From Alphaproteobacteria bacterium (GTDB lineage Bacteria > Pseudomonadota > Alphaproteobacteria > GCA-2731375), in contig CBDDPY010000002.1 in assembly GCA_965232515.1 (NCBI GenBank), positions 4,864,001-4,928,000 on the forward strand: DNA of 64,000 nucleotides, written 5' to 3'. Both the position numbers and the translations under genes were made by a program. Shown here piece after piece: positions 60,738 to 64,000 of this stretch. The notes below the pieces were generated by a model that searched no databases, was not told the DNA's origin, and worked only from the letters and a program-made list of their open reading frames with translations. Every line of letters begins with the position of its first letter. Position 1 is the first letter of the stretch.

Positions 60738-61766
60738 ATGTTCAGGAAGTCCACGGTTTTGGCCGTTTCGGCCGTCTGTTTCACCCTGCTGGCGGTGGGC
60801 GCCGCGCGAGCCGAGAAGATCACGATCGCGGCGCTGACGTTCGTCAGCTCGTCGCCGCTGTTCATCGCCCAGGAGAAGGGCTACTACGCCGACGAAGGCC
60901 TCGAGGTCGAGTTCAAGTTCTTCCGCGCCGCCCAGCCGGTCGCGGTCGCGGTCGCGGCGGGCGATGCCGATTTCGGCGTCACCGGCCTTACCGCCGGCTT
61001 CTACAATCTCGCGGGCAAAGGCGCGCTGAAAGTGATCGGCGCCCAGAGCCGGGTCGAGCCTGGCTATGACTTCGTCGCCTACATGGTCTCGAAGCAGGCC
61101 CATGCCGCCGGGTTCACCGACGCCGGCGGCTTCCCGGGCAAGACCTTCGGCATGACCCAGGTCGGCTCGACCTTCCATTACATGCTGGGTCAGCTGGCCG
61201 ACAAGCGCGGCTTCGCCCTCTCGGACGTCTCCATGAAGCCGCTGCAGAGCGTGCCCAACATGATCGCAGCCGTGAAAAGCGGCCAGGTCGATTCCATCAT
61301 CATGGTGGCCCACATCGCCAAGGCGCTGGACAGGGCCGGCGCCGCCAAGATCGTCGGCTGGGTGCATCAGGAGACGCCCTGGCAGCTTGGCGCGCTGTTC
61401 ACCTCGACGAAAAACGTCGACGAGCGCCGCGGCACCGTCGAGAAGTTCGTCCGCGCCTATCAGAAGGCGGCGACCGATTATCACGAGACCATGAACAAGC
61501 GCGACGCCGCCGGCAACCGCATGTTCGGGCCCGAGGCCGACCCGATCATCGAGATGATCAACAAGTATGTCGGGCCGAAGCCGACGCCGGCGAAGACCAA
61601 GGCGGGTGCGCCGTTCATCGACCCGCTCGGCCGCCTCAATGTCGGCGACGTTTATGCGCAGGTCGCCTGGCACCAGAAGATGGGCCTAGTCGATGCCTCG
61701 GTCGACCCGAAGGCGTTTCTCGATCTCAGCTTCGTCGACGGCCACTTCAATCTGCCGACCAACTAG
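60738..61766 (+). CDS. NitT/TauT/SsuA-family ABC substrate-binding protein
   Basis: Signal peptide, PLFIAQEKGYYADEGLEV, GKTFGMTQVGS, SGQVD; GGGAGG RBS. Confidence 0.9.
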   Translation: MFRKSTVLAVSAVCFTLLAVGAARAEKITIAALTFVSSSPLFIAQEKGYYADEGLEVEFKFFRAAQPVAVAVAAGDADFGVTGLTAGFYNLAGKGALKVIGAQSRVEPGYDFVAYMVSKQAHAAGFTDAGGFPGKTFGMTQVGSTFHYMLGQLADKRGFALSDVSMKPLQSVPNMIAAVKSGQVDSIIMVAHIAKALDRAGAAKIVGWVHQETPWQLGALFTSTKNVDERRGTVEKFVRAYQKAATDYHETMNKRDAAGNRMFGPEADPIIEMINKYVGPKPTPAKTKAGAPFIDPLGRLNVGDVYAQVAWHQKMGLVDASVDPKAFLDLSFVDGHFNLPTN

Positions 61767-61796
61767 GTCGCGTTGGCGACGAGGACGTCTCTTTTT

Positions 61797-61873
61797 GTCA
61801 TTGCCGGGCTCGACCCGGCAATCCAGCGGCCGTGCCCGCGGCCCTGGATGCCCGGATCGAGTCCGGGCATGAC
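61797..61873. repeat. Paired REP-like element (GTCATTGCCGGGCTCGACCCGGCAATCCA...TGGATGCCCGGATCGAGTCCGGGCATGAC)
   Basis: Two inverted palindromic arms with GTCAT/ATGAC ends and ATCCAG/CTGGAT inner stem, located after a binding-protein gene. Confidence 0.8.
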
Positions 61874-61905
61874 GACCGGGTGCAAGCAGTTGGCATTCTA
61901 ACCTC

Positions 61906-62679
61906 ATGGAACTGAGCGTCCGCGGCGTCAGCCATTTCTACGACGGCCTGCACGCGCTCGACGGCGTCGATCTCGATGTCGCCGACGGCGAGACCTGCGT
62001 TCTGATCGGGCCGTCGGGTTGCGGCAAGTCCACGTTGCTGTCGATCATGGGCGGCCTGCTGCAACCGGCCGCCGGCGAGGTCGAGACCACCGGCCCGGCG
62101 CCCGACGGCTGCCTCAATCCGCTGACCTATGTGTTCCAGGACTTCGCGCTGCTGCCCTGGCGCACGGTCGCCGGCAACATCCTGCTGGCGCTGGAGCATC
62201 ATCGCCTCGGCGCGGCCGAGGCCCGCCGCCGCGTCGACGACGTGCTGGCGCTGACCGGCCTGGAGGATTTCGCCGACGCCTATCCGAAGCAGCTTTCCGG
62301 CGGCATGCGCCAGCGGGTCGGCATCGCGCGCGCCGTCATCGTGCGGCCGGCGGTGATGCTGATGGACGAGCCGCTGTCGGCGCTCGACGCCCAGACCCGC
62401 GAACTGCTGACCGACGAGCTGATCGCGATCTGGCGGCACCAGCGCACGACCACGGTCTATGTCACGCACAATCTGCACGAAGCCGTGCGCCTCGGCGACC
62501 GCATTGCCGTGATGTCGCGGCGGCCGGGCCGCATCCGCCGAGTCATCGAGGTGCCGGTCCCGCGCGAGGAGCGCGCGACACCGTCGGCCGCGGCCGAGCT
62601 GGCCGGGCTGCAGGACACGCTCTGGGGCCTGATCCGCGACGAGGCGGCCGTCGCCGACCGCGAGGTGGCGCGTGTCTGA
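61906..62679 (+). CDS. NitT/TauT-family ABC ATP-binding protein
   Basis: GPSGCGKSTLL, VFQDFALLPW, LSGGMRQRVG, MDEPLSALDA, VTHNLHEA. Confidence 0.93.
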   Translation: MELSVRGVSHFYDGLHALDGVDLDVADGETCVLIGPSGCGKSTLLSIMGGLLQPAAGEVETTGPAPDGCLNPLTYVFQDFALLPWRTVAGNILLALEHHRLGAAEARRRVDDVLALTGLEDFADAYPKQLSGGMRQRVGIARAVIVRPAVMLMDEPLSALDAQTRELLTDELIAIWRHQRTTTVYVTHNLHEAVRLGDRIAVMSRRPGRIRRVIEVPVPREERATPSAAAELAGLQDTLWGLIRDEAAVADREVARV

Positions 62680-63472
62680 GGCGCCGAAGCAAGCGACGCC
62701 GGTCGGCTTTCGCGGCGGCGGCTTCAACCCGCGGCCGAAGCGCTGGGCGCCCTGGCTCGCCTTCGCCCTCATCATCGCCGCCTGGCAGGGCGCGTCGTCG
62801 GCCGGCCTGCTGCCCGACCTGTTCATGCCCAGTCCGGCGCAGATCGTGTTGGCGCTTTACGGCCTGACGGTCAGCGGCGCCATCGTCGACCACGTCACCG
62901 CCAGCGTCAGCCGCATCGCTTTCGGCTGGGCCATCGGCGCCGCCGCCGGGCTTGCCGTCGGCTTCGCCATGGGCATCTGGTCGCTCGCCCGTTCGGTCGG
63001 CATCCCGGTGGTTTCGGCCCTCTTCCCGATCCCGAAGATCGCGCTGCTGCCGCTGCTGATCCTCTGGTTCGGCATCGGCGAGCCGTCGAAGGTCGCGACC
63101 ATCGCGCTCGGCGTGTTCTTTCCGACGGTGATCAGCGCCTATGCCGCCGTCGACGGCGTGCCGCGCAACCTGATCCGCATGGCCCAGAGCTTCAACGTGC
63201 CGGCCGTCGATATCGTGCGCAAGATCATCCTGCCGGGCGCCATGCCGGGCATCCTGTCGGGCTTCCGCATCTCCTCGTCGATCGCCCTGATCCTGGTGGT
63301 CGCGGCCGAGATGATCGGCGCCGAGTTCGGCATCGGCGCCTTTATCCTCGCCGCCGGCAACCTGATGCAGACCGATCAGCTCGTCGCCGGCGTCGTGCTG
63401 CTATCCTTGCTGGGGCTGACGGTAAGCTTTCTCTTGGGACGGTTGGAGGCATGGCTGCTGAAGTGGCGTTGA
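62672..63472 (+). CDS. NitT/TauT-family ABC permease
   Basis: PSP, PIPKIALLPL, WFGIGE, VVAAEMIG; GTG start overlapping the previous gene. Confidence 0.92.
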   Translation: MSEAPKQATPVGFRGGGFNPRPKRWAPWLAFALIIAAWQGASSAGLLPDLFMPSPAQIVLALYGLTVSGAIVDHVTASVSRIAFGWAIGAAAGLAVGFAMGIWSLARSVGIPVVSALFPIPKIALLPLLILWFGIGEPSKVATIALGVFFPTVISAYAAVDGVPRNLIRMAQSFNVPAVDIVRKIILPGAMPGILSGFRISSSIALILVVAAEMIGAEFGIGAFILAAGNLMQTDQLVAGVVLLSLLGLTVSFLLGRLEAWLLKWR

Positions 63473-64000
63473 CGACGCAAACGCAAACGGTCCGGCGCGA
63501 GGGATCGACCGCCTGGCAGGTTGATGGCGATGTCTGCGTCGTCGGCGCCGGCATCGCCGGCATCTCGGCCGCGATCGAAGCGGCGCGGCTTGGCCGCCGC
63601 GTCGTGCTGATCGATGGCCAGCCGACGCTGGGCGGCCAGTCCGTGCATGCCCTGATCGGCACCTTCTGCGGCCTGTTCTCGAACGGACCAAATCCCTATC
63701 AGGTCACGCACGGCATCGCCGATGAGATCCTGCGCGACCTCGACGCCGAAGGCGCGCTGCATTTCATGTACGGCCGCCGCAACACCTGCATCGTGCAGTA
63801 TGACGAGGTCGCGCTCAGCCGCTGGATCGAGCGTACGGTCGCGGCCGAGCCGAACATCACGCCACTCACCGGCGCGGTGCTGCGTCAGGTCCGGCGCGAG
63901 GATCGCCGCCTGACCGGCCTCGCGCTCGCGACCCGCTATGGCGACGTTGACGTCGCCGCCACCGGTTTCATTGACGCCTCGGGCGATGCGGCGCTGGCCT
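63469..64000 (+). CDS. FAD-dependent oxidoreductase (partial, runs off the window)
   Basis: TTG start overlapping the permease stop; DVCVVGAGIAGISAAIEAARLGRRVVLIDGQPTLGGQ Rossmann motif and FIDASGDA near the window end. Confidence 0.88.
   Translation, partial: MTTQTQTVRREGSTAWQVDGDVCVVGAGIAGISAAIEAARLGRRVVLIDGQPTLGGQSVHALIGTFCGLFSNGPNPYQVTHGIADEILRDLDAEGALHFMYGRRNTCIVQYDEVALSRWIERTVAAEPNITPLTGAVLRQVRREDRRLTGLALATRYGDVDVAATGFIDASGDAALA

Overview
High-GC alphaproteobacterial chromosomal window, probably Rhodospirillales-like (inferred from gene content, synteny and repeat types). In order: a phosphotriesterase-like hydrolase, a Dpp/Opp ABC transporter lacking its binding protein, HAD phosphatase, LigE-like GST and an amidohydrolase; a cobalamin riboswitch heading a ~22.5 kb B12 cluster (cobU-cobW-cobN-cobO-cobQ, cbiB, cbiX, [unknown domain]-cobH, cobL, cobI, cbiG-cobJ, DMT, cobM, cobK, cbiD, cobA, cobB, DUF1289, cobS, cobT); a GldA/F/G-like ABC system with DUF4340; htpG; nitroreductase; DUF1223; acnA; an acyl-CoA-ligase-flanked Liv-type ABC cassette; a complete ccmA-I operon interrupted by a 2-hydroxyacid dehydrogenase; and a NitT/TauT ABC transporter with an FAD oxidoreductase (partial). 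No rRNA, tRNA, CRISPR, transposase or phage genes were seen. The strongest unannotated signals are (i) a self-contained ~127-nt sigma54-promoter/hairpin/terminator unit at 60385-60511 (minus), a candidate sRNA; (ii) a ~300-aa DUF429/RNase-H-like domain fused to CobH; (iii) a structured RNA candidate at 6015-6122; (iv) a 268-bp MITE-like element with nested modules; and (v) a hybrid early/late cobalt-insertion pathway laid out with antisense-embedded genes. All assignments come from reading motifs by eye; no database search was run.
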